Virus record (IMG/VR): IMGVR_UViG_3300046096_000928
Span: 1 to 64,000 of that record
Strand: one strand, 5' to 3'
Source of the DNA: a virus
DNA: 64,000 bases
Shown: in pieces, positions 1-10,440 of the stretch
Layout of the letters: every line of letters starts with the position of its first letter
Numbering within the stretch: the stretch's first letter is position 1
Notes under the pieces: model-generated
The model's input: only the letters and a program-made list of their open reading frames with translations
Databases searched by the model: none
Told to the model about the DNA's origin: nothing
Translations under genes and position numbers: made by a program

Positions 1-437
1 GTAGGATCGTTTAATACAGTGCCTGTTAAATCTTTTGCATCTAATAAACCACAATGTCCATGACTGGTATATTCACAAAGACAAGTGTCATTAATAACGA
101 TTAGATTAGGTACGGCTTCTTTAACTGCACTGGTAGCTTTCTGCACAATACCACAATCATGCCATGCCCCTGTCGCTACTAAATCTTTACTTTCTGGTAT
201 ACCAAATAAGATTATCGCTGGTATTCCTAAATCGTAAATGTCTTTTGCTTCTTCAACTATCTGATCTACCGATAATTGATAAATATTAGGCATTGATTTG
301 ATTTCATTCTTTATTGCGTGTCCTGTGACTACAAACAAGGGATAAATTAAATCTTTAACTGTTAAGACATTTTCTGAAAGCATCGATCTTATTTGAAGAT
401 TTTTACGCAATCTTCTAGCTCTATTTATTGGAAACAT
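1..437 (-). CDS. hemB: Porphobilinogen synthase (ALA dehydratase), 5' part, runs off the window edge
   Basis: Own translation from ATG at 437: MFPINRARRLRKN...LIYPLFV...SMPNIYQLS...DTCLCEYTSHGHCG (Zn-binding motif of HemB). Not in the ORF track. Confidence 0.93.
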   Translation of the reverse strand, partial: MFPINRARRLRKNLQIRSMLSENVLTVKDLIYPLFVVTGHAIKNEIKSMPNIYQLSVDQIVEEAKDIYDLGIPAIILFGIPESKDLVATGAWHDCGIVQKATSAVKEAVPNLIVINDTCLCEYTSHGHCGLLDAKDLTGTVLNDP

Positions 438-542
438 TTTTTTATTTATTCTTTTCTTTCAAATTTTATTCTTTTTACGCTTTTTTAATTACTAACTTTT
501 GTTACTTTTTTGACTATATAGTTTTAACTATAGTAAACACAA

Positions 543-860
543 TTACGATAGAGAAAAGCCAATTGACGAGTTCCTGTTAACAGGTTACCTGATATTAGGT
601 TACCTGTTAACAGGAACTCGATATACATAATTAAGATCAATAAACTCATAATTAAAAAAATAAAGATCAAGTTAATTATGCAGAAAAATTATTTTTTCTT
701 TTCCCGTTTAAGAAAAGAAGCCATTAAACAAATAACTAATTATTCTCTGTATTGCTGATTATTTAGCTAAACAAGGCGAATGAAGTAAGTAAAAGATTAA
801 TCGTACTTGAAAAGAACCGAAGAGGGTAAAATTAATGATTAGGAATTGATGATCTAAAAT
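543..860 (+). repeat. Dispersed ~300-bp element copy A, with 3 CCT-N6-AGG units in a 54-bp palindrome (567-620)
   Basis: Near-identical to 34064-34398 and to the reverse complement of 10150-10440. Confidence 0.9.
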
Positions 861-1029
861 GAAATTAATTAAAGTTAGGAGTAAAAAAAATGTTAGAAAA
901 GAAACAATCTTTTCAATCAATGATTGTTGGTAGGTGAGTGGATAAAATTAGGTGAAATTTATTGCCGTAAATCGTAAACATAAAAAAGCCTTCCCCTCAT
1001 GGAAGGCTAAAAAGATTATTCAGATTAAA

Positions 1030-1809
1030 TTATTCGCCGAGAACTCGTTGTCTATTTTTATTTTGAAAGTAGGCTTCTCTGATCACTCTCACATTTTCAG
1101 TAAGGATATAATCAGCTTGTACTGCTCTTAAACCTTGACAGACTAGATGCTGGAGATTATATTGTTTCAACCATTTTTCTAATTGAACACCAGTTTTAAA
1201 TCCTAATTCTTTGGCTAATTGTGCCGTTGATTTACCCTCAAAGCTAACATTACTACTCCCTTTACAAACGATAGTTTCAGTTACTTTTTCGATTACTTCA
1301 ACTACTGCTTCGGGATCGCCAACTAGAAAAGCAAAGGTTTGGATTCCATGTAAGGAAACGATGGCTTCGGTGCGGTTAAGATAATTAGTTTTTAATCTTA
1401 AATTACTATTCTCTAATTTGAGATTTTCATTTTGTAGTGTCAAGATTTGGATAGTTTCACTTTGTTGGGGTATAACTTCTTTGATTATTCTTTTGGCTTT
1501 AGAAAATGAATCAACTAAAGCTAATTTTAATTCCACAACTCGGTCAGTATTTCTTGAAAATGTCATCAAGGTAGTTGCTTGATTTTCATTTAACCATGCA
1601 AATTTCTCAGGGCGACCACCCTGGCTACTTTCAGAGGGTTTATACGTTTCAAACGTAATAACCCCAAACTTACCTTCTAGCTTGTCTTGATGCTTTTTGA
1701 TTGTTTCAAGTAAATTTTTATGTTGAATACCCAACTCCGACGCAATCAATCTTGAATCAACAACATTTTGATCGTTTAACTTTTCAATTTTCAATAAATC
1801 TGTTACCAT
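1030..1809 (-). CDS. Rha-family phage regulator/antirepressor
   Basis: VDSRLIASELGIQHKNL...GGRP...LNENQATTLMT...LKLALVDSF is a Rha N-terminal domain. Confidence 0.8.
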   Translation of the reverse strand: MVTDLLKIEKLNDQNVVDSRLIASELGIQHKNLLETIKKHQDKLEGKFGVITFETYKPSESSQGGRPEKFAWLNENQATTLMTFSRNTDRVVELKLALVDSFSKAKRIIKEVIPQQSETIQILTLQNENLKLENSNLRLKTNYLNRTEAIVSLHGIQTFAFLVGDPEAVVEVIEKVTETIVCKGSSNVSFEGKSTAQLAKELGFKTGVQLEKWLKQYNLQHLVCQGLRAVQADYILTENVRVIREAYFQNKNRQRVLGE

Positions 1810-1926
1810 GAATATATCTCCTAGTTTATTTAAATGGTTTAGGATTCACTAGATGATATAAAGCAATTCATAATTTACGTTGTGGATTGCTTTTCTAGTC
1901 TTTACTTTCCTTTTTTTATTGTAACA
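1810..1926 (-). ncRNA. Structured antirepressor leader, copy 1, including extended -10 TGTTACAAT
   Basis: Stems CTAGA/TCTAG and AAAGCAAT/ATTGCTTT, plus CCTA/TAGG over the SD; homologous to four other copies. Confidence 0.65.
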
Positions 1927-1959
1927 TTTTTAAGCTATTTTTTAAGGTTTTACTTAATT

Positions 1960-2829
1960 TTAATTACCCGTAAACAAATCTTTTTGATTATTTTCTTCAT
2001 GCCATTTAGCTATTCTATTTTTGCCAACTTCGTAATATTCTTTATCCTTTTCAATACAAGTGTATTTGCGATTTAATTCTAAACAGGCTAGTGAAGTAGT
2101 AAAACTACCAGCGAAAGGATCAAGTATTAAATCACCCTCTTTTGTTGTTAATTCAATTAATTGTTTAAAGAGTTTGACTGGTTTTTGTGTAGGGTGTTGG
2201 AAGTGATAATGCTCTCTATTTACTGGCATAATACTTTTGAATAAACAGCCTCTCTGATGAATCTGATAAGTAGAAAAGGCTACGTCAAGCCCCTTCTTAC
2301 ACTGTCCCATTATTTTATGCTTTTCTTCTCTATTGATCTTTTTTCTTGTCCAAAATATAAAATCTTCATAAGATTTTATATTTTTTATCCCCGCTAGGAT
2401 TCGTTTATAGTCAAAAACGATCCCGTTGGGATTTATAGCTTCATCAAACTCTAATTTATCAATATAAATTCTATTCAGTTTACTTTTTTTTTTGCCAAAT
2501 AGACTAGCTAATTCATGTAACCTACCTACTGGATGACAAGGATTAGATAAATTCTTTTTATACCAAATCAACTCCTCCTTGAAAATAAAACCCAAATCAT
2601 CACATATTATATTCCATTTTGATAACGGCACACCACGACCAAAGAATAATAAAAAACCTGTATCTTTTAATACTCTAAAACATTCGCTAAACAATAATTG
2701 AGCATCGAAAGGACAGTCTAATTTGTGTTTGAGATAACCATAAGGTGGATCAGTAATAACGGCATCAACTGAATTGTCAGGAATAGTTTTTAGAATATCA
2801 AAACAGTCGGCATGAAAAATTTTATTCAT
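1960..2829 (-). CDS. N4/N6 DNA methyltransferase (beta class), intact
   Basis: DPPY, HPTQKP and DPFAGS motifs. Confidence 0.9.
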   Translation of the reverse strand: MNKIFHADCFDILKTIPDNSVDAVITDPPYGYLKHKLDCPFDAQLLFSECFRVLKDTGFLLFFGRGVPLSKWNIICDDLGFIFKEELIWYKKNLSNPCHPVGRLHELASLFGKKKSKLNRIYIDKLEFDEAINPNGIVFDYKRILAGIKNIKSYEDFIFWTRKKINREEKHKIMGQCKKGLDVAFSTYQIHQRGCLFKSIMPVNREHYHFQHPTQKPVKLFKQLIELTTKEGDLILDPFAGSFTTSLACLELNRKYTCIEKDKEYYEVGKNRIAKWHEENNQKDLFTGN

Positions 2830-2912
2830 AGTAAGAAAAGTAAATGTAGTTTAATTGTAAGCAAAAATAAGACAAAAATGTTAAAATAGAGAAAACGATA
2901 CAGTCAAAACAA

Positions 2913-3929
2913 ATGAAAATATTTAATGCTTTAGGCAGTGACGAGATTAAAGATCGCAGTATTTTTAATGGGAATAGTACCAATATAAATAATTTGAATA
3001 ATGTTAAATATTTATGGGGTATTCAATTATATAACCAAATGAGGGCGAACTTTTGGTTGCCACAAAAAGTAGATGTTGTGGGGGATATAAATTCTTATAA
3101 TGAGTTAAGCATTCAAGAACGGACAGCTTATGACGGAATTTTAAGTTACTTAATTTTTTTAGATTCAATTCAAACAGCAAACATCCCTTTTCTAGTTGGT
3201 AAAATCACCGCACCTGAGATAAGATTATGTTTACTTGAACAAGCGTCTCAAGAAGCTATGCACTCTGCTAGTTATCAATATTTAATCGAAACAATAATTC
3301 CCGTAGAGAAAAGAAATTATCTTTACAATTATTGGAGGAAGGATCAGGTTTTAGCAAAACGTTGTGAGGCGATCGCCAATTATTATCAAAATTTCATAAA
3401 TACTAATTCAGATAATGATTTTATTTTATCGTTAGTTGCTAATTACTTTTTAGAAGGGATTTATTTTTATAACGGATTTATGTTTTTCTATAACTTAGCG
3501 GTAAGAAGTTTAATGTGTAATACAGCGGACATGATTAAATTAATACACCGGGATGAGTTAAATCATGTGAGATTGTACCAAAAGATTTTAGAAGAAAGTT
3601 TACAGCAAAATAAAATAGATGAAGAATCGATTTACACTTTGTGTGAAAGTACGGTACAACAAGAGATAACATGGTCAGCTCATATTATAGGGAATGAAGT
3701 CTTAGGTATTACTGAAAATTCGAGTAAAAATTATACTCGTTACTTAGCTAATATGCGATTAAAAGCAATAGGATTAAATGCCATGTACGATACAGATTGC
3801 GAGAATCCTTATAAACATTTAGAGAATATTGCTGACGTTTCTAAAGAGGCGAGTTCCAAAACTAACTTTTTCGAGAGTAGTGTTACTTCTTATAACATGG
3901 CGACTAATGTGAGTGGTTGGGATTTTTAA
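2913..3929 (+). CDS. nrdB: Class I ribonucleotide reductase small subunit
   Basis: ANFWLP, QEAMH, LEGIYFYNGF, RDELNH diiron ligands; C-terminal NFFESSVTSY. Confidence 0.92.
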   Translation: MKIFNALGSDEIKDRSIFNGNSTNINNLNNVKYLWGIQLYNQMRANFWLPQKVDVVGDINSYNELSIQERTAYDGILSYLIFLDSIQTANIPFLVGKITAPEIRLCLLEQASQEAMHSASYQYLIETIIPVEKRNYLYNYWRKDQVLAKRCEAIANYYQNFINTNSDNDFILSLVANYFLEGIYFYNGFMFFYNLAVRSLMCNTADMIKLIHRDELNHVRLYQKILEESLQQNKIDEESIYTLCESTVQQEITWSAHIIGNEVLGITENSSKNYTRYLANMRLKAIGLNAMYDTDCENPYKHLENIADVSKEASSKTNFFESSVTSYNMATNVSGWDF

Positions 3930-4366
3930 CTTTTTATCTTTACTTTGGGGCGAAAGTATTGAGAACCTTTAGATACTTCCTCCGCTTTACTTAGAAAATC
4001 GGAGATAAAACATTCTTCTACCGACGAATAAATAGGAAAAGGATGATCCTCATCGTCGCTTCTAACAAATCCACTTTTCTTATCTTCATTCAAAAAGAGT
4101 ATTTCGTTTTTAGATGTTTTATCCACGTTATGATTTTCAGAAGTGATGAATAGACAATTCTCTTGAGGTTTTTCTTTATCAAAGTCATAAGGATATAGCG
4201 ATCCAATACATTCTGAAAAAAGAGATAAATTCTGGCAATGTATTTCTTCTATTTTATATGGGATAACTTTTTCAAAAAATTCTTTACTACAAGTATTAGG
4301 GTGACAATCGATATAAATATAAATAGGTTTTATTCTTATCAAATCACCTGATTTTAATAGTTTCAT
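3926..4366 (-). CDS. Hypothetical protein
   Basis: 146-aa ORF overlapping the nrdB stop convergently. Confidence 0.5.
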   Translation of the reverse strand: MKLLKSGDLIRIKPIYIYIDCHPNTCSKEFFEKVIPYKIEEIHCQNLSLFSECIGSLYPYDFDKEKPQENCLFITSENHNVDKTSKNEILFLNEDKKSGFVRSDDEDHPFPIYSSVEECFISDFLSKAEEVSKGSQYFRPKVKIKS

Positions 4367-4481
4367 TTTGTATTACTTATTTTATTTGTATTACTTTCAT
4401 CATACATGAATTTGATGTTAACGACTGAGATTTTAACATTTAACATTTTGTTAAGATAAAGATAGTGTATTACAGAATGTA

Positions 4482-4781
4482 ATGAATGGATTACCGCATT
4501 ATTTTTTAATTGGACTAATAATCTCTTATGTTTATTTGTTATTACTAGGAAGCCAAGTAATGGAATTAAATAAAGGTTTCATGGAAATAACAGGAGCTTA
4601 TCTCGGTTGGTTAACATCAGAGACAGCCAAAAGTAAAGAAATGGCATTTGTAATTGTTGTTTTGGTAGCAAGTCTTTTTATTGTAATGGTAATTCAGCCT
4701 GATAATTTACCTAGTATTGTTGGGCTTATTACTTTTATTTCAGTTGGTTGGTTCGGTTCATTAACAAATCGTATAAATTAA
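4482..4781 (+). CDS. Small multi-pass membrane protein (possible holin)
   Basis: 99 aa, 3-4 hydrophobic segments. Confidence 0.45.
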   Translation: MNGLPHYFLIGLIISYVYLLLLGSQVMELNKGFMEITGAYLGWLTSETAKSKEMAFVIVVLVASLFIVMVIQPDNLPSIVGLITFISVGWFGSLTNRIN

Positions 4782-4785
4782 AATT

Positions 4786-6402
4786 ATGGACGCTATAAAT
4801 CCACTCATTATCTCAAATCTTCTCACTACAGAAAACAGCTTATTAAATTTAGGACAAACTCTTACTATACAATCTTTTAAAACTAATGATGATTTAATTA
4901 CTACTGCTCGTAATACAAGTATAGTATTTAATCCTTTAGAAAATGATGAAGGATTATCATGGTTAAGATCATATACTTCGCCAAAGAATGGAACAATTAC
5001 CAGAGGGGGAAATAATAGTTTAACCTATATCCCAAATATGGGTTTTATGGGTGTCGAAAACTTAGTATATAAAGGACAATTAGATCAATTAATAGCAAAA
5101 GGGAATATAACGATTAACGTAGTTGATAGCGAACGACTACCCATCGAAATAAATAAGTCACCTATAGCTAAAGATGATTTATTCAATACAACAAATGACA
5201 GATCAATTAACTTTAATCCTTTGTCGAACGATACAGACCCTGAAAATAAACCATTAACAATTAGTAATATTACAACTCCGCTAAATGGTAGCTTGATTAA
5301 AAACGGGAATGAATATATATTCGCCCCTAACAATAATTTTGTTGGGAGAGAATATATTGACTATGAAGTTTCAGATGGTATTAATACATCAATAGCCAAA
5401 GTAATAATTGAGGTGACACAATCAACTATCGAACCCACACCGATTCTACCACCGTCGATACCCGAAAAGCCATTATTAAATTTAGGGAGAAAAGAGTTTA
5501 ATTTAAATACGGGTTATGGATTAATTAATGCTAATGAGTTAGTAAATATTGCATTAGGAAATAGCTCTTTATTTGATAATGTACCTAATTATGAAGGGGT
5601 AAATGGGAATTATTTAAATTTAATAAATGTACCCGAAGTTTGGATAAAAGGCTATACCGGTAAAGGGGTAACAGTAGCCGTGATAGATCAAGCTATAAAT
5701 ATTCAACATACTGATCTTAAAAATAATATTTGGGTAAATAAAAACGAAATAGCAGACGACGGATTAGATAACGATAGTAATGGGTTTGTAGATGATCTTA
5801 ACGGCTGGAATTTCAGAACAAATAATAATAATTTAATAACTAATGGTGGACATGGAACTCATGTTATGGGTTTGGTTAGTGCAGAGAATAATTCTATTGG
5901 TAATACTGGCGTTGCTTTCAATTCTTCTCTTATGCCTATCGAAGGGTTAATCACATGGGATACTGTCGAGAAAAGTATTTATTATGCCGTCAATAATGGT
6001 GCTAATATTATTAATTTATCTTTAGGTGGGGGTCAAGTTAATTCTATAAGAACAGCTTTACAATATGCAAAAAATAAAGGTATTGTAGTAGTAGCATCTG
6101 CTGGTAATGATAGCAGTGAATCACCCATTTATCCAGCCGCTTTTGCTAAAGAAGGATTGGCGATCGCCGTTGGAGCTTATAATGAAAATTTCAGTAATAA
6201 AGCTGGTAATGATAACAATATGCTTTATGTCACAGCTGGAGGAGAAGGTATTAGTACAGTAGGATTTGATGATTTTGGGAATAAAAGAGGTACTTCCATG
6301 TCTTCTCCTTATGTCGCTGGTGTAGTTGCTTTAATGTTAGAGGCAAACCCTAATCTCACACCTGCTCAAGTTTATAATATTTTCACTCAGAAATATGTTT
6401 AA
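4786..6402 (+). CDS. S8 subtilisin-like protease with two N-terminal cadherin/Ig-like domains
   Basis: Catalytic motifs VAVID, HGTHVMG, GTSMSSP; NDTDPEN...YEVSDG Ig-like repeat. Confidence 0.88.
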   Translation: MDAINPLIISNLLTTENSLLNLGQTLTIQSFKTNDDLITTARNTSIVFNPLENDEGLSWLRSYTSPKNGTITRGGNNSLTYIPNMGFMGVENLVYKGQLDQLIAKGNITINVVDSERLPIEINKSPIAKDDLFNTTNDRSINFNPLSNDTDPENKPLTISNITTPLNGSLIKNGNEYIFAPNNNFVGREYIDYEVSDGINTSIAKVIIEVTQSTIEPTPILPPSIPEKPLLNLGRKEFNLNTGYGLINANELVNIALGNSSLFDNVPNYEGVNGNYLNLINVPEVWIKGYTGKGVTVAVIDQAINIQHTDLKNNIWVNKNEIADDGLDNDSNGFVDDLNGWNFRTNNNNLITNGGHGTHVMGLVSAENNSIGNTGVAFNSSLMPIEGLITWDTVEKSIYYAVNNGANIINLSLGGGQVNSIRTALQYAKNKGIVVVASAGNDSSESPIYPAAFAKEGLAIAVGAYNENFSNKAGNDNNMLYVTAGGEGISTVGFDDFGNKRGTSMSSPYVAGVVALMLEANPNLTPAQVYNIFTQKYV

Positions 6403-6408
6403 GATTAA

Positions 6409-6480
6409 TCCATGATGCAGGAGTTGAACCTGCCTAACACAAATTATGAGTTTGCTGTCTAACCGCTCGACCATACATGG
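6409..6480 (-). tRNA. tRNA with CAT anticodon (Met or Ile2)
   Basis: Reverse complement CCATGTATGGTCGAGCGGTTAGACAGCAAA-CTCATAA-TTTGTGTTAGGCAGG-TTCAACT-CCTGCATCATGGA. Cloverleaf; acceptor pairs 6 and 7 mismatched; no encoded CCA. Confidence 0.85.
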
Positions 6481-6681
6481 TTAAATTATTTATTTATTTT
6501 AACTTATTTAGTCTTCTTCGTCAATAATATAATGTCATATTATTGACGAAACGTTCCAGTTATAAAAATCATTTTTATTCTTTTTCTGGATGTCTTAGTA
6601 AGTGATCATACCACAAATATATCTAAAAAGTAATATATTTGTGGTATGATTAAAGTATAAATCTACAAAAAAAATGTACTT

Positions 6682-7551
6682 ATGGCAAGACAAAAACTGC
6701 CCACTAGCACGACTAAAAGACGAAGAGGCTTGACAGTGGGGGAAGAGATAGCTGATTACAAAAAGGATTATCATCAAACAGCTAGACAAGAAATAAAATT
6801 TTTAATTCCAAACGAAGAGCAGAAAAAGTTAGTTTATAGTATCCGCAATAATAGTATTTCATTAGTAACAGGCAACGCTGGTACGGGGAAAACTCTTTTT
6901 TGTATTCAAACTCTTTATCAAATGTTAAAAGCCCGTACCATTAATGAAATATTGATTATTCGATTAGTTGCTGGTAATAAAGATGAAGATTTAGGGTCAT
7001 TACCGGGCGAAGTTAAAGATAAAACGTCACCATTTTGGGAAGCTATCAGAGATAACCTTGAATTGTTTGTTCCCGAAGGTGAGATTAATTATCTCTTTGA
7101 TAAAGATAAAATCAAAGTCTTACCCATGAGTTTTGTAAGAGGTCGTACTTTTCACAATAAAGGGATCATTATCGAAGAAGCTCAAAACCTTAATCGCTTA
7201 GAAATTTTAACTATACTTACTCGTATTGGTAAAAATTCTAAAATGGTCTTTAATGGTGACGATGCTCAATGTGATCGCTATAATACCGATGGTTACGGAA
7301 TGCATTATCTTAAACGATTACTTACTGGTATTAATGATATTGGGATTGTAGATTTTAAACAGAAAATCAATGAACGTCACCCATTAATTACTGATATACT
7401 ACAAAGAGTGGTTGAGTTGAAAGTACAAGATGAAAAAAGAAAAGAATCGACGGAACATTCCAAAGAAAAAGAAAAATATTTTTCAGTTAGAGCAAATTTA
7501 GATTGTGGCAGAATTGAGAAAAAAGAAAATTTTAAGCACGGATTCATCTGA
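6682..7551 (+). CDS. phoH: PhoH-family ATPase
   Basis: GNAGTGKT, LGSLPG, RGRTF, EEAQN, TRIG, GDDAQCD. Confidence 0.9.
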   Translation: MARQKLPTSTTKRRRGLTVGEEIADYKKDYHQTARQEIKFLIPNEEQKKLVYSIRNNSISLVTGNAGTGKTLFCIQTLYQMLKARTINEILIIRLVAGNKDEDLGSLPGEVKDKTSPFWEAIRDNLELFVPEGEINYLFDKDKIKVLPMSFVRGRTFHNKGIIIEEAQNLNRLEILTILTRIGKNSKMVFNGDDAQCDRYNTDGYGMHYLKRLLTGINDIGIVDFKQKINERHPLITDILQRVVELKVQDEKRKESTEHSKEKEKYFSVRANLDCGRIEKKENFKHGFI

Positions 7552-7731
7552 TTGTAGAGGATAAAGTTGTTTATTCTGGGAAACTTTTAGCCTCTACAAA
7601 GGTTCCAGATACGGTGATTGATCCTAGTTTCGATAAATCTATTTATCGTTTTGGTAATAAAAATTTACCTTTTATTAAACCTATTGAATTTTTTTTTGTA
7701 ATATATAAGTAATCTTTTAATACATTATTCA

Positions 7732-8070
7732 ATGTTCACTTACTCAAAATTTAACAAAGACTTTTGGCTGGTAAAAACACATTATCTATATCCTGACAAT
7801 GATATTATCGATATTTTTGTCAAAGAAGAAAAAGGAGGATTACTATTAACTGATTTAGGGGAAACAATACGTTGGCTTTTAAATCAGTTAATTTCTGATT
7901 CTCTGAACGATCAGTTTATTGCAAAGACTTTGGATATTTATAATATTCAAAGAGATAAAGGATTGTTAATAAAAAAAGTTGACGATTCCCAATCTTTATC
8001 TACTCTTTTTAGTGCAATTAATGAATTCTGTAAAGCTATTATTCATATCACGACTTATTACCCTACTTGA
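7732..8070 (+). CDS. DUF1828-like protein
   Basis: YLYPDNDIIDIFV...LTDLGET pattern. Confidence 0.65.
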   Translation: MFTYSKFNKDFWLVKTHYLYPDNDIIDIFVKEEKGGLLLTDLGETIRWLLNQLISDSLNDQFIAKTLDIYNIQRDKGLLIKKVDDSQSLSTLFSAINEFCKAIIHITTYYPT

Positions 8071-8076
8071 ATAAAA

Positions 8077-8943
8077 ATGAAAAATTTATTAATTTCATTT
8101 TCAGGCGGAGAAACTTCCGCCTTCATGGCACAATGGATAAAGAAACATTTGAAAAGTAATTATGAAAAGGTTGCCTATGTTTTTGCTAACACTGGTTTAG
8201 AAAATGAACAAACACTAGAATTTATCCAAAAATGTGATGACTATTGGGATTTTAATATTCAATGGGTTGAGGCCAATGTAAATCATGGGCAAAGAAAATG
8301 TACGGGGTATTCTCTAACTAATTTTGAAAAGGCAAAAAGAAAAGGCGAACCGTTTGAAGAAATAATCAGGAAATATGGAATTCCTAACCAAGCGTTTCCT
8401 ATCTGTACAAGAGAGTTAAAACTATCCCCTATTCGGGCATTCGGGAAACACTGGTTTAATGGAGAAAAGTATGATACAGCCATAGGTATTAGAAATGATG
8501 AAATAGATAGAATAAATGAAAAAGCCAAAGAACAAAAGTTGATTTATCCTTTGATCGATATGATTTCAGTAAATAAACCAATGATCAATACTTTTTGGGA
8601 TCGAATGCCTTTTAGGCTTCTATTAAAAGGGTATCAGGGGAATTGTGTTACTTGCTGGAAAAAAGCCGATAAAAAACTATTTCAAATATATAAAGAGAAT
8701 CCTCAAGCATTTGATTTTATGGCTGAAATGGAATCTAAATATCCTAGAGTAGGTGCTGAGTTTACAAAATATTTAAACGCAAAAAATAGAGTATTTTTCA
8801 GAAATAATCGCAGTGTTACAGACATAATACACCAAGCTCAAAGTTGGCAAGGAACAGTTAAAAATGACGCTGATGATTATACTTATCAAATTGATTTATT
8901 AGGCGGGGATAGTTGTGAAATATTTTCAGAATGTCACTCTTAG
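8077..8943 (+). CDS. PAPS-reductase-family (PP-loop) protein, phage type
   Basis: SFSGGETS, FANTGLE, CTRELK, GNCVTCWKK, C-terminal SCEIF. Confidence 0.8.
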   Translation: MKNLLISFSGGETSAFMAQWIKKHLKSNYEKVAYVFANTGLENEQTLEFIQKCDDYWDFNIQWVEANVNHGQRKCTGYSLTNFEKAKRKGEPFEEIIRKYGIPNQAFPICTRELKLSPIRAFGKHWFNGEKYDTAIGIRNDEIDRINEKAKEQKLIYPLIDMISVNKPMINTFWDRMPFRLLLKGYQGNCVTCWKKADKKLFQIYKENPQAFDFMAEMESKYPRVGAEFTKYLNAKNRVFFRNNRSVTDIIHQAQSWQGTVKNDADDYTYQIDLLGGDSCEIFSECHS

Positions 8944-8991
8944 ACGAATCCATACTATAATAGAAGTACAAACAAAAAACAAAGTAGAAAT

Positions 8992-9540
8992 ATGAATAAA
9001 GTATTAAGTTTTCAAGATATTCCTCAGCTTGAGTATGGGAGTTATAGTATAACTGTGAGTTTTGAGTATCTAAATAAACAATTAGAAACCTATAAAAAAG
9101 AATATAGTTTAGATTTAGACCCTGAATTCCAAAGAATTTATAAATGGACTGAATTACAAAAAGAAAAATATGTAGAATTTCTTTTAAAAGGGGGAAGGAG
9201 TGCAAGAGATATTTATTTTAATTGCCCTCACTTTGAAAAAGGAGGCAACTTCGTAAATATCGATCCTATTTTAAATCGAATGGTAATAGTAGATGGGAAG
9301 CAAAGATTATCTGCTGTTTCGAAGTTTATGCAAAATGAAGTTAGAGCATTTGGATATTTCTATAAAGATTTTGACGGGGTAATAAGAGATTCTATAACGA
9401 AATTGACATTTAATATAAATCAATTAAGAACAAGACAAGATATTTTAAATTGGTATCTTGATTTTAACTCAGGTGGGACTATTCACACTGAAGAAGAGTT
9501 AAATAAAGTAAGGCAGTTAATAGCTAAAACACAGGAATAG
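8992..9540 (+). CDS. Stand-alone DUF262 (ParB-like) protein
   Basis: PEFQRIYKW, VDGKQRL, FNSGGT. Confidence 0.8.
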   Translation: MNKVLSFQDIPQLEYGSYSITVSFEYLNKQLETYKKEYSLDLDPEFQRIYKWTELQKEKYVEFLLKGGRSARDIYFNCPHFEKGGNFVNIDPILNRMVIVDGKQRLSAVSKFMQNEVRAFGYFYKDFDGVIRDSITKLTFNINQLRTRQDILNWYLDFNSGGTIHTEEELNKVRQLIAKTQE

Positions 9541-10096
9541 CTCTAATTAAAACTTTCTTAGATATTACAATCTCATTACTCACCAATTCCAACCCGTTAG
9601 CATCTAAATGCAGACGGGCTTTTTTATCTCTTCCTTCAGGCACTAATGAGATATGATTACCCCTTCTTTTCGTTTGATTATATTCATTACCTTTTATATT
9701 TTCTTTATCTACTTCATAACCCATTGATAAATCTGTAATTGATTTTGATAATACTGATTCTATCGCTTGGCGATCATTTATCGCAATTTCACCATCTAAA
9801 CATTTCTCTTTTTTATTACACACTACATTAATCAAAGTCCCAACTGTTAACTCACGATAATTCACTGGTGTTACAGGATCATCGGGGTGAAATAAAGTTA
9901 ATGGCATACCATAAAGTGAATCTACATAATTTTTATCAAACAGAGTTGTTAAGGGGACAAATTGTAATTCAATTGTCCCATCAATATTTTTATACTCTAA
10001 CCAACCACTAGATGCTAATGTCCCTTTTAATCTGATACCACCACCAGCTACTTGTTTTATTGAATTTTTATTAATATTTATAAAATCGTATTGCAT
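9524..10096 (-). CDS. DUF2213-type prohead protease domain
   Basis: GMPLTLFHP, DLSMGY, GNHISLVPEGR. Confidence 0.8.
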   Translation of the reverse strand: MQYDFININKNSIKQVAGGGIRLKGTLASSGWLEYKNIDGTIELQFVPLTTLFDKNYVDSLYGMPLTLFHPDDPVTPVNYRELTVGTLINVVCNKKEKCLDGEIAINDRQAIESVLSKSITDLSMGYEVDKENIKGNEYNQTKRRGNHISLVPEGRDKKARLHLDANGLELVSNEIVISKKVLIRAIPVF

Positions 10097-10149
10097 CTTT
10101 TTATCCTTACTCTTTATTTCAATTATACTACATACTAAATAAGCCTTAT

Positions 10150-10440
10150 AAAATTCTTTTAGGTACGATTAATCCTTTCCTTACTTCATTCGCCTTGTTT
10201 AGCTAAATAATCAGCAATACAAAGAATAATTAGTTATTTGTTTAATGGCTCTTTTTCTTAAACAGAAAAAAGAAAAAATAATTTTTTTTGCATAATTAAC
10301 TTGATCTTTATTTTTTTAATTATGAGTTTATTGATCTTAATTATGTATATCGAAAACCTGTTAACAGGTAACCTAATGACAGGAAACCTAATATCAGGCA
10401 ACCTGTTGATAGGAACTCGTCAATTGGCTTTTTTCTATGG
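10150..10440 (-). repeat. Dispersed element copy B (4 CCT-N6-AGG units), inverted
   Basis: Reverse complement matches copies A and C. Confidence 0.9.

Noticed and set aside
7495-7700. Gene remnant after phoH (RIHLIVEDKVVYSGKLLASTKVPDTVIDPSFDK)
   Set aside because: Looks coding but has upstream stops and no family I can name.
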